A stretch of 64,000 nt of DNA, taken from IMG/VR virus record IMGVR_UViG_3300037424_000906, positions 39,780 to 103,779 of that record; one strand, 5' to 3'. Below, piece by piece: positions 56,329 to 64,000 of this stretch; the first letter of the stretch is position 1; each line of letters starts with the position of its first letter. The DNA is from a virus. The position numbers and the translations under genes are program-made. The notes beneath the pieces are model-generated. The model worked only from the letters and a program-made list of their open reading frames with translations. It ran no database searches and was not told where the DNA came from.

Positions 56329-56901
56329 GTGGCCAAGGCGCCCCCGAACCACCGACCCTGCACACATCGCCTCATCTACCGCCTGACGTGCGACGATTAC
56401 AACCAACTGATTGCTCGCGCCGAAGGACGGTGTGACCGTTGTGGCGAGGAGTCACGCCGACTCTGTGTAGATCATGACTACGGCATCGGGTCGCACGCAG
56501 TACGTGGATTCGTGTGCAACCGATGCAACACGATCATTTGCAAGGTCGAAACCTTCGACCGGCGAGTTGGTCCCGACGACGCCACGCTTGCCTATCTGGC
56601 GAACCCGTTTCACTCGCTGATCTCGTTCGACATCATGGACACGCGCGAGGCGAAGCTGCTTTTCAGGATGAGACCCGCGCCCCGGCTCGACTGGGCTTAC
56701 TACAACAGGTCCCAACCCAGAATGATCGACATCACAGACGCTCCCGAGACCCTCGGCATTTCGTTCGACGCTGTCGAAGATCTCAGGCTTCGGGGCCGGT
56801 TGCCGACGGTCAAGGTTGGAGGCAAGACTGTGGTCCGTCACACGGCGCTACGGCAGCTGAAGATGCTGATGCCCTACCAGCCCATACGTGCGGGCGGTTA
56901 G
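56329..56901 (+). CDS. Endonuclease VII domain plus excisionase-like HTH
   Basis: GRCDRC...VDHDY...VRGFVCNRCN; ETLGIS...V..L...GRLPTVKVGG. Confidence 0.8.
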   Translation: MAKAPPNHRPCTHRLIYRLTCDDYNQLIARAEGRCDRCGEESRRLCVDHDYGIGSHAVRGFVCNRCNTIICKVETFDRRVGPDDATLAYLANPFHSLISFDIMDTREAKLLFRMRPAPRLDWAYYNRSQPRMIDITDAPETLGISFDAVEDLRLRGRLPTVKVGGKTVVRHTALRQLKMLMPYQPIRAGG

Positions 56902-57134
56902 TTTTCACCGTGTCTTCGGGCGCCCGTGGCAATCCGACTACGGGCGCCCTGCGTCGCCCAACGCCCAGCCCTCAGGCCACCGCGACCCATCCTGGGGCAC
57001 CTCGGCGGCAGTCGGCACGTCAGCCTGAGCGGCAGCGGCCCGGACAATGCCCGCAGCCTCCCAGGCGGCCTTGCTCGCATCCGCCCACCGATCATCACGC
57101 ATCCGCCTCGGGCCTCGCTGTAGCCGGCCCGCGC

Positions 57135-57347
57135 TCACCACAGAAAGCCCGCGAACACCAGGGCCACGAACAACAGCAGCGGCAACCATGCCGCAACCCG
57201 CACGACGGCAAGCAGCAGCCGGCGCGACCGGCGAGCACGCGCCTGTGGGGGAGCGGGAGGCCCGGCGCCGATCCGGAACGCGGTCACCCGGGGTGGGGCA
57301 GGTGGGGCTGGTGGGGCATGACCGATCCGGATCGTCGCGGAAGTCAT
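57135..57347 (-). CDS. Small Pro-rich membrane protein
   Basis: C-terminal TM; coupled to 57344-57484. Confidence 0.55.
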   Translation of the reverse strand: MTSATIRIGHAPPAPPAPPRVTAFRIGAGPPAPPQARARRSRRLLLAVVRVAAWLPLLLFVALVFAGFLW

Positions 57348-57484
57348 GGCGCGCTCTGGTCGTCGGCGTGGTCCTGCTCGGTCCAGCCACGCATGCGGTC
57401 GGCCTGCGACATGCGCACGTCGGCCAGGTAACGAGCCCACGCGCGGGCAAGCGTGCCGCGCAGGGCAGTAATGCGGTGGCGCAT
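57344..57484 (-). CDS. 46-aa peptide (not in ORF track)
   Basis: GGAGGAGG SD; ATGA overlap. Confidence 0.5.
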   Translation of the reverse strand: MRHRITALRGTLARAWARYLADVRMSQADRMRGWTEQDHADDQSAP

Positions 57485-57913
57485 ACGTCCTCCTCCAGGG
57501 ATGAGTGTGCCCTGCCCGGTCGCCTCTCACCGCACCGCGGCCCGCCGGGCAGCGCAGTACAGCTGGGCAACGACCGGGCAGGGCGCCGGGGCAGGTTCAC
57601 CACATCTTTGGACCGCTTCCCGCCCCGGGTTCCCGGACCGTCATGGCGGGCGAGGCCTGTCAGCCAATCCGGGGTCTCTGCCCGAGGTGGCCGGCCGCTC
57701 GATGAAAGTACGCCGGCCACCTCGGGTGTCCCCTCCGCCGGGGAACGCGTACGGGGTACGCGGACAGGAGCGGAGGGGGTGCGTGAGCCACTGGTTGTCG
57801 ACTCCGGGGACTCGCGTGTCAGGTTATTCGAATAAGATGGACAAGTGCAACTAGCTGTAGCGGTCAAAGAAGCAGTCATGGTCGAATCGGGGCGTCGACT
57901 CCGGAGGTTCACC

Positions 57914-58150
57914 GTGTCTAAACCGCTGCCCATGACCACTGATCAGATCATCGAAGACATCACCGCCCGCATCGAATCGGGCGAGCTGGAACCAGGCGAC
58001 CGATTGCCGACATACGCCGACCTACGCACCTTGTACTCGGTCGGGCACGGCACCGCCGCGCGGGTGATCCTGCTGCTGAAGGAACGCGGCCTCGTGGTCG
58101 GCCTCCACGGCAAGGGCGTCTACGTGGCCGAAAGGAAGAAAGAGCAGTGA
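57914..58150 (+). CDS. GntR-family winged-HTH regulator (Kor-like)
   Basis: QIIEDI...I.SGEL.PGDRLPT...GLV....GKGVYV. Confidence 0.88.
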   Translation: MSKPLPMTTDQIIEDITARIESGELEPGDRLPTYADLRTLYSVGHGTAARVILLLKERGLVVGLHGKGVYVAERKKEQ

Positions 58151-58902
58151 CGGAGGCGGAGCGTTTCTGGGTGAAGGTCACTGGGGCAGACGTTGCCGAA
58201 TGCTGGCTCTGGGTTGGGGCGAAGAACCCTCAAGGCTACGGGCGCTTCACCGCCATGGCCGAGGGCCGCAACCGCACTGTCGCGGCCCACCGTTGGTCAT
58301 ATCAGTACATGCGGGCCGAGATCATTCCGTACAACCTCTGCCTCGACCACCTGTGCTCCAACCCGCCATGCGTGAACCCCTGGCACCTGGAGCCAGTGAC
58401 GTGGGGCGTGAACTCGCGGCGGTCGTCCCAGCGAGGCCGGGCTCACGGTGCCTACATGAACCCGTCGGAGGCTCCGGCCAACCACAAAAATACCTCTCCC
58501 ATGTACATGCGGGTCGTGGCGGACCTCCGTAGCCGCCATGCGGAGGGAACTCTTGACTTCGAGGTCACGCCTCAGCAGATTGCCCGTCGCACGAACCTGA
58601 CGATGTCCAGCGCCGAAGCAGCCGCTTCGTGGCTTGCTGCCGAGGGGATCGCGGATTCGTGCTGGCTGCGGTCGAGTAAGCCACGGGAAGCCGTTGGCGT
58701 GGTTCGGGAAGTGCCGCACATCCCTTCACCCCGGGGCTTAATCAGGCTTGAGGGAGATCCAGGCGTCACCCTCGCACTACCGGATGGTCAACTCCTCTGG
58801 GCTAGCACCGAGGAGTACGACTACCGAGACCGTGCCGAGTTCGAGGCCGAGATTGCAGAACTAGCTGCAGCCAAGGCCGGCATGCCCTTGCGTGAGGCGT
58901 GA
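58147..58902 (+). CDS. HNH endonuclease fused to a GntR-like HTH
   Basis: RFW.KV...CWLW.G....GYG.F...AHR...DHLC.NP.CVNP.HLE.VT..N; P.Y.RVVADLR. Confidence 0.85.
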   Translation: MTEAERFWVKVTGADVAECWLWVGAKNPQGYGRFTAMAEGRNRTVAAHRWSYQYMRAEIIPYNLCLDHLCSNPPCVNPWHLEPVTWGVNSRRSSQRGRAHGAYMNPSEAPANHKNTSPMYMRVVADLRSRHAEGTLDFEVTPQQIARRTNLTMSSAEAAASWLAAEGIADSCWLRSSKPREAVGVVREVPHIPSPRGLIRLEGDPGVTLALPDGQLLWASTEEYDYRDRAEFEAEIAELAAAKAGMPLREA

Positions 58903-58986
58903 CCGGCATGGTTAAGCGATGGTCGTCAACCTGTTGCCCCTAGGGCCCTAGGCCCCTACCTTCTGAAACGTTCATAGCCTGCGCAA

Positions 58987-59400
58987 GTGCCTGCCGCTGC
59001 GCTCGATCGCGCTTCCGGCGTCTCCCTATACCGACAGCTCGCCCAGGATCTGCGCCGCCGCATCAAGGCCGGCGAGTGGGCGCCGGGAGGACGTCTGCCG
59101 TCGGAGGCTGTGCTGTGCCATGAGTACGACCTGGGCCGGGATGCGGTCCGGCGTGGGTTGGCGATTCTGCGTGACGCGGACGTGATCGTCACCCGGTCGG
59201 GTCAGCAAGCCCGGGTCGCGCAGCGTAGCGACGACGGTGAGGTGATCGTGCTGCCGCCGGGTTCGGAGTGGTGGGCGCGCCTGGCAACGTCGGAGGAGTG
59301 TCGCGAAAACGGCTGGCCGCTTGGGTCGATAGCGGTCGTGGTCCGTCGTGGTTCTGTGACCAGGTTGTTCGGGGCGCATCTGCACAGGTTCCGGACCTAA
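58987..59400 (+). CDS. GntR-family regulator
   Basis: LYRQLA.DLR.RI.AGEW.PG.RLPSE..L..EY. Confidence 0.88.
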   Translation: MPAAALDRASGVSLYRQLAQDLRRRIKAGEWAPGGRLPSEAVLCHEYDLGRDAVRRGLAILRDADVIVTRSGQQARVAQRSDDGEVIVLPPGSEWWARLATSEECRENGWPLGSIAVVVRRGSVTRLFGAHLHRFRT

Positions 59401-59754
59401 CACCTGTCTGGTTACCGACAGTGATGGACTGGGTGTCCGGTTTAGTGAAGGTGAACGCGAACGGGTGACGACGCCCGCCGACCCTTGACGGATGTCGATT
59501 CCGGCAAATACTGGCATCGGGGACATCGATCATTAAGCCATGACTGAAACACTCCCCCGAACGGTCAGGTGTCCTAACCGGTGAGATGCGACGTAACAGC
59601 CACGTGAACAACCGCAGGTCAGATGATCGCGTGATCGTTCAACCCTCACGGACAGTGCATATGCAAATGCATCCGTGAAGAGCATGCTGAAACCTCGTTC
59701 ATTCAGGTCACTCAGGTCCGGGCGGGGGGCCTGTCTCAACGAGGAGGCAGCAGG

Positions 59755-60210
59755 TTGCAGCACAACAAGATCGAGGCATACTCCAAAACCGCCGTCAGCG
59801 TCGGAGTCATCGGACTCTTCGTCGTCGGTACATGGGCCCTCGCGGGGACCCCGAAAGCTTGGTCTCCAAGCTGGTACATTCTGGCCGCCTCGCTCTTGAT
59901 CGTCACCTCCACCCTCCTCGGCGGCTGCTGTGGACTGCTGGCCTCCTGGGTCGGAGGGCTTCTCGCAAGTCTGTGCACCGATCTTGCAGGCAGAGAGCGG
60001 GACTGGCTACGCCGCAACGGCGAGCTGTCCACCGCGCTGGAAGACATCACGGCGAAACTGTCCTCGATGGCCACGACACTGGCAGCCGTTGAGCAGCGGC
60101 AGACGGACGGGTATCTGTGCGCGTATGTCGACGGCATGTCGGGTCGGGAGCCGGCGGTGAAGCGAGGGGCACTACACCTCGTACCGCAAAGCCCGTTCGA
60201 TCAGGACTAG
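59755..60210 (+). CDS. Membrane protein with coiled coil
   Basis: GAGGAGG SD, TTG start, two TM segments. Confidence 0.65.
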   Translation: MQHNKIEAYSKTAVSVGVIGLFVVGTWALAGTPKAWSPSWYILAASLLIVTSTLLGGCCGLLASWVGGLLASLCTDLAGRERDWLRRNGELSTALEDITAKLSSMATTLAAVEQRQTDGYLCAYVDGMSGREPAVKRGALHLVPQSPFDQD

Positions 60211-60254
60211 CTGCATGCGAAACTGGCCGCGGTCGTCCGATGCGATGACCGCGG

Positions 60255-60497
60255 TCAGTCTTGTTTGCCCAGCACCGCCTCGGCGAGCTCGGCGTCGATT
60301 ACGGCGGCAAGCTGGCCAGCTGCGGCAGCTTCAGTGGCGGTGAACGGCGGAAGGCTCGCGGCGATCTGGGCCGCTCGCTCCTGGAGCTCGGCGTCGGTCC
60401 ATGGCGTCAGGCGCCGTGCGGGTCGGATTCGGGGCTGGGGAACGTCGTCAGATGTGACGACTGTTGCGCCCTGGAATCTTTCGACTGTTGCGGTCAC
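60255..60497 (-). CDS. Small protein; candidate recombination directionality factor
   Basis: Leaderless, next to the integrase, shares its promoter sequence with cro. Confidence 0.55.
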   Translation of the reverse strand: MTATVERFQGATVVTSDDVPQPRIRPARRLTPWTDAELQERAAQIAASLPPFTATEAAAAGQLAAVIDAELAEAVLGKQD

Positions 60498-60539
60498 GTC
60501 ACAAAGCTACAGCCCTGCCGGGTGTTGCGCCACCGTCAC
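60486..60539 (-). repeat. Copy of the cro promoter/start (inverted repeat of 62857-62911)
   Basis: GTGACGGTRGCGCAACACCCG..GCTGTAGCTT..GTGACGTGACCGCAACA in both. Confidence 0.85.
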
Positions 60540-60542
60540 TTT

Positions 60543-62012
60543 TTATTCGGTTGGCCGATCGTTGCGGACTGGTTCAATGACCACCCGATCCGGGTCAAAG
60601 CGTCGGGGTGCGCGGCGGTCAAGTGGCATAATCAGCACTTTCTTGCCGCGTAACGCTCGTTGGATCATTGCTCTTCTCCGGTCAGTGGAGGAGTTGTCCC
60701 ACCGCAACTGCCACTCAGAGTGTGACGCCATGGTCATTTCAGGCGTCACTTCTTCCAGCGTGGGCATGTCGCCGAGCCGGGCCAGCTGCGTACGTAGCTC
60801 ATCTAGGCGCCGGTCGAGCGGTCCTACGGCAGCGTCATGCCTGGCGAGGTCCATCTCTCCGCGCCCCAGTCTGGCTGCCAGTTCGGTTGCCGTGTGTTCG
60901 ATCTCGGCTATCTGCTTATCAAGATCGTTCTTTTGTTCGCGGGCACTCCGCAAGGCGGCCTCAACCGCCGTGGCATGTCGAGGGTCGGCAAGGATGTTCA
61001 CGACGATCTGACCCATGTACTTGTCGAGTTCACGCTGGTCAATGGAGAGACGGCCGCATCCCTCACCCCGGCGCGGATGGCACCAGTACTGTCGGCGAAT
61101 CTCCCCGTTGGGGTAAGGCGTCAGGTTGCCGCGAGGTCTGCCCGTAAGCCGGTTCTGGCATCGCCCACAATGCACAAACGCAGAGCACAGGTAGATCGGG
61201 GAGACCGGACGCCCGTGCCGCCGAGCCGCATAGATGGCGCAGATCCGTTCCCAGTCACCCTTCTCCAGAATCGGGGCGCCCGGCATTGTCGCGACAATCT
61301 CCCCCTTGTGCTCAACCAAGCCCGCGTTACGCGGTCTGAGAATGACCTGGCGCAGCGCGACCAGGTCCCAGGCGTTGCCGTAGGAAGTGAGGACGCCGCG
61401 GGCGTTCAGATCCACAGCTATGGCGCTCTGGGAGTCCCCAGTGAGCAACCGGGCTGCAATGGAACGCAGCTCTTCGGCCTCCGCCCGGCGGTGGGTTACC
61501 CCGTCCTGCTCGAATCCGTACGGGCGGACGGTGTGGTTGGACTCTCCAGACATGGCCTTGAGCCTCTTGCCCCTGCGGACGCGGGTGGAGAGCCGATCTG
61601 ACTCGTAGGCCGCACTGTTCATCTGCTCCCGGAAGTGCTTCTTGCCGGATGCGCTGGTGAGGTCATATTCGCCTTCGGAGTCCAGGATGATCAGACCTCG
61701 TTCGGCGGCTGCGATCAGCCGCTCGCCTTCGGCTGGGCGGCGGCTGAATCTGGCGAGGTCGAAGACGACGGCACCGCCTGTCTCCCCGACTTCAAGCCGG
61801 CGCATGAGTTCGTCCCAGCCCGGTCGTTTAGCGCGAGGGTTCCAGGCGGAGCGCCCTGGGTCGCTGAGGGTCTCGCCGACGAGAGCGCCGCGCTCGATGA
61901 TGCGTCCCTTGCAGTCCTGTGCTTGCCCCTCGGAGGAGCGTTGGCGTTCGTCTCCTAGTCGGCTGGTGCGGGTATAGATGTCGAGGATGAGTTCGCCTTT
62001 AGGTTTCGCCAT
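60543..62012 (-). CDS. int: Large serine integrase
   Basis: IYTRTS, D.GRSA, RPG, DLARFSR; recombinase domain; CGRC...YWC....C Zn ribbon; coiled coil. Confidence 0.95.
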   Translation of the reverse strand: MAKPKGELILDIYTRTSRLGDERQRSSEGQAQDCKGRIIERGALVGETLSDPGRSAWNPRAKRPGWDELMRRLEVGETGGAVVFDLARFSRRPAEGERLIAAAERGLIILDSEGEYDLTSASGKKHFREQMNSAAYESDRLSTRVRRGKRLKAMSGESNHTVRPYGFEQDGVTHRRAEAEELRSIAARLLTGDSQSAIAVDLNARGVLTSYGNAWDLVALRQVILRPRNAGLVEHKGEIVATMPGAPILEKGDWERICAIYAARRHGRPVSPIYLCSAFVHCGRCQNRLTGRPRGNLTPYPNGEIRRQYWCHPRRGEGCGRLSIDQRELDKYMGQIVVNILADPRHATAVEAALRSAREQKNDLDKQIAEIEHTATELAARLGRGEMDLARHDAAVGPLDRRLDELRTQLARLGDMPTLEEVTPEMTMASHSEWQLRWDNSSTDRRRAMIQRALRGKKVLIMPLDRRAPRRFDPDRVVIEPVRNDRPTE

Positions 62013-62033
62013 GGATTCCCCTTTTCCGCTTGG

Positions 62034-62077
62034 GTCACTAATCGTACATCGACCTGGGTCAGTGTTTGATTAGTAAC
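62034..62077. other. Candidate attP
   Basis: 21-bp imperfect inverted arms (16/21) around central TG at 62055-62056, just upstream of int. Confidence 0.6.
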
Positions 62078-62164
62078 AACTCTCTGACCAGCAGGTTTAC
62101 TGACAAAGAAAGCCCCGGATGCGAATGTTCGCGTCCGGGGCAAGGTCTTGGCGGCGACGGACAG

Positions 62165-62668
62165 TCAAGCGGGGGAGGCCATGCCTTCCCCTGTTTCGCG
62201 TCCTGGTGGTGGTACTTGGCGCCGCCGCTTGAATAGCTTTTCGTCCTCGGCGAGCTGCGCGAGATACCGCTCGCGGTCGTGCCTAAGGTTCTGTCGGTGC
62301 CGGTTCAGCATCGTGTCCCGGTCGTCTTCGTCAATGTCAAGCGCCATGATCTTCTGTACGACGACGTCGTCCGGATCAAGGTCATGTAGGCGCGGGTCTC
62401 GTGCGGGTAGCGCCGGCGGCTCTTCGTCGCTGGCGAGTAGGCCAGCGGCGGCCAGCGCGAGCCGTGGGTCAACCTTGAGTACGGCGGCGACCTTCTCGAC
62501 GAGTTCGACGCTTTCGGGCTTCTGCTTGCCGGTCTCCCAACGCCATACCGTCTCCCTGGCCACCCCGACGAGAGTGGCTAGTGCCTGCTGGCTCATCTTC
62601 GCGGCCTTGCGTTCGCGCGCGACGAACGTGGCCCAGTCGTCACGTTCGATGCCCCGAGTGTTGCGCAT
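62165..62668 (-). CDS. Immunity repressor (XRE HTH), leaderless
   Basis: MSQQALATLVGVARETVWRWETG; TACTCT -10 six nt upstream of ATG. Confidence 0.88.
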   Translation of the reverse strand: MRNTRGIERDDWATFVARERKAAKMSQQALATLVGVARETVWRWETGKQKPESVELVEKVAAVLKVDPRLALAAAGLLASDEEPPALPARDPRLHDLDPDDVVVQKIMALDIDEDDRDTMLNRHRQNLRHDRERYLAQLAEDEKLFKRRRQVPPPGRETGEGMASPA

Positions 62669-62856
62669 ACGCAAAGAGTAAAGACCATAGTCGGGTCCCC
62701 ACCTGGGGTGGGACTGTTGCGGCCCCGTCTCGTGATGGCCACGCAACGTTGCGCGCCGTGCCCTTCTTGTGGCTGTTACCTGCTTCTCTCCGCGTTGCAT
62801 AAACGCAACACTAGGGTTCATCAATGTCTGCCGCAAATCATCCGAACGGGTGAGGT

Positions 62857-62911
62857 GTGACGGTAGCGCAACACCCGATCCCGCTGTAGCTTGTGTGACG
62901 TGACCGCAACA
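62857..62911 (+). promoter_or_regulatory. Early promoter/operator with CGCAACA sites
   Basis: TAGCTT -10 ahead of leaderless GTG; CGCAAC motif clustered 62659-62936. Confidence 0.7.
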
Positions 62912-63256
62912 CTTGATGGACTGGCAGACGCAACAGACGTCACACCCGCAAGCACGCTGCGGTTCGACGTCATCAAGCCCCGCGCCGCCCAGATCCTGAA
63001 AATCCCAGTCGAAGACGTCAGCGACATTGTTCTCGGTGAGCTGTTCGGTGTCAGCCGCGAAACGGTCTGGCGCTGGAACGCAGGGCGCTTCGGGCCCCGC
63101 GGGACCAGGCTCCGCGACATGGCGAATTACCTCGGCCTGACGGTCGAGGAGATCGTGGCAGCCAAGGCGCCGTCCACTCCGCCAACCACCCCGGTCCGGC
63201 CCGCTGCACCGACCACGCCTACCGCGCCAGCCCGGCCGAAGAAGGCTGCGGCATGA
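62900..63256 (+). CDS. Cro-like HTH protein
   Basis: LFGVSRETVWRW, recognition helix matching the repressor; divergent. Confidence 0.85.
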   Translation: MTATLDGLADATDVTPASTLRFDVIKPRAAQILKIPVEDVSDIVLGELFGVSRETVWRWNAGRFGPRGTRLRDMANYLGLTVEEIVAAKAPSTPPTTPVRPAAPTTPTAPARPKKAAA

Positions 63257-63352
63257 GCGGGCGGTCCAAGTGAGCGCGGGCGGCAACGACAGTTGCCCGT
63301 TCCCGCCACCCCCGCCCCCACCGCCACCCACGAAGTTCAGAGAGGAGCAGTC

Positions 63353-63871
63353 GTGAACAGGAACTTTGCGACCGACATGCGGGCCGTCATGGACGCCGAG
63401 ACCGCCCATGGTCCGTACACCTCGGCGCTCATCGCCGAGCAGATCGTGGAGAAGCTCCGCGCCACCGACCCCGATCTGCTTCAGGGCTGGCTTGACATGC
63501 AGGCCGTCGGCTTCCTTCGTCACGCAATCAACCTGCGCGACTGCTCTCAGCGTTCTCATGCTCGCGCCACGGCTGGCCGCTCAGTCTTCCGCGATGCCGC
63601 CGATGCGGCCGACGACGGCGACGCCGGACCACTGAGCGCGTTCCTCGCCACGGTCTACGTGGTGGAGGACGGGTCGCGGGTGCGGCTATCGGAGATGCGG
63701 CAGCCGGAGCTGATCTACGCAGCTGACGACTACGGCAAGCGGGCCGCCGAGAACCTCCTCCAGGAGGCGTTCTTGCGGGCCCTCGCGAAGAAGGTCGGCA
63801 CGGGCCGCGTGTCTGACCACTACGACGACTCGAAGCTCACCGAGTTGTGGCTGAGCATCACGAGCCGCTGA
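63353..63871 (+). CDS. Hypothetical protein directly preceding the 48-bp array
   Basis: GAGGAG SD, GTG start; stop codon is part of array unit 1. Confidence 0.8.
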   Translation: MNRNFATDMRAVMDAETAHGPYTSALIAEQIVEKLRATDPDLLQGWLDMQAVGFLRHAINLRDCSQRSHARATAGRSVFRDAADAADDGDAGPLSAFLATVYVVEDGSRVRLSEMRQPELIYAADDYGKRAAENLLQEAFLRALAKKVGTGRVSDHYDDSKLTELWLSITSR

Positions 63872-64000
63872 CTACCCTGCCCCGCCCATTTCTGCCCCAG
63901 CCGACCCCGCACGAATCGACAATCCTACCCCGCCCTGCCCCCGCCGCCCCAAGCCCACCCGACCCGACTACCCGTGCCTTCCCAGCCCGTGCCAACACCT
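63869..64000 (+). repeat. 48-bp-unit array with internal 5-nt NNCCN lattice (truncated)
   Basis: YGAC heads at 63869, 63917, 63965; CC at positions 3-4 of most following pentamers. Confidence 0.75.

Larger units (their letters stand above)
1..64000. mobile_element. Temperate actinophage (siphovirus-like) carrying an AICE/plasmid-type TraB transfer module; partial genome
   Basis: Terminase, portal, protease, HK97 capsid, tail tube, tape measure, lysin/holins, serine integrase and repressor/Cro all present; no host housekeeping genes; high GC. Confidence 0.95.

Noticed and set aside
62669-63559. N-terminal extension giving a 464-aa repressor
   Set aside because: Overlaps cro and the next gene antisense; a -10 box supports the leaderless start at 62668
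63869-64000. CRISPR array or simple microsatellite
   Set aside because: No constant repeat-spacer alternation and no cas genes; units share phase rather than sequence
1-64000. DGR, retron, IS elements or a replication module
   Set aside because: No reverse transcriptase, transposase, primase, helicase or polymerase motifs seen in the window

Overview
The whole window reads as one high-GC temperate actinophage (siphovirus-type; host probably a filamentous actinomycete), truncated at both ends, with no host housekeeping genes. Layout: small genes and a non-coding RNA cluster (2.1-2.7 kb); a leftward operon ending in the large terminase (2.7-10.5 kb); a rightward virion and lysis operon (10.7-35.3 kb: portal, ClpP-type protease, HK97 capsid, tail, tape measure, amidase, holins); accessory genes (35-49 kb: HicAB-like pair, XRE regulator, GIY-YIG, GNAT, ECF sigma); a Streptomyces-type TraB/Spd conjugation module with clt-like repeats and GntR regulators (49-59 kb); and a serine integrase, candidate attP, repressor and Cro (60-63 kb). 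Replication genes are not visible and probably lie outside the window. Most notable: (1) a tandem array of anticodon-defective tRNA-like elements followed by a rod-shaped Ms1/6S-like RNA candidate; (2) an array of exactly 48-bp units built on a 5-nt NNCCN lattice, cut off at the right edge; (3) a TraB conjugation module inside a complete virion-encoding phage; (4) an Acb1-like 2H phosphoesterase fused to the prohead protease; (5) an HNH cassette inserted after codon 2 of the tail-tube gene, leaving an ATC start behind an SD-occluding hairpin. All family assignments come from motif recognition by eye; no searches were run.
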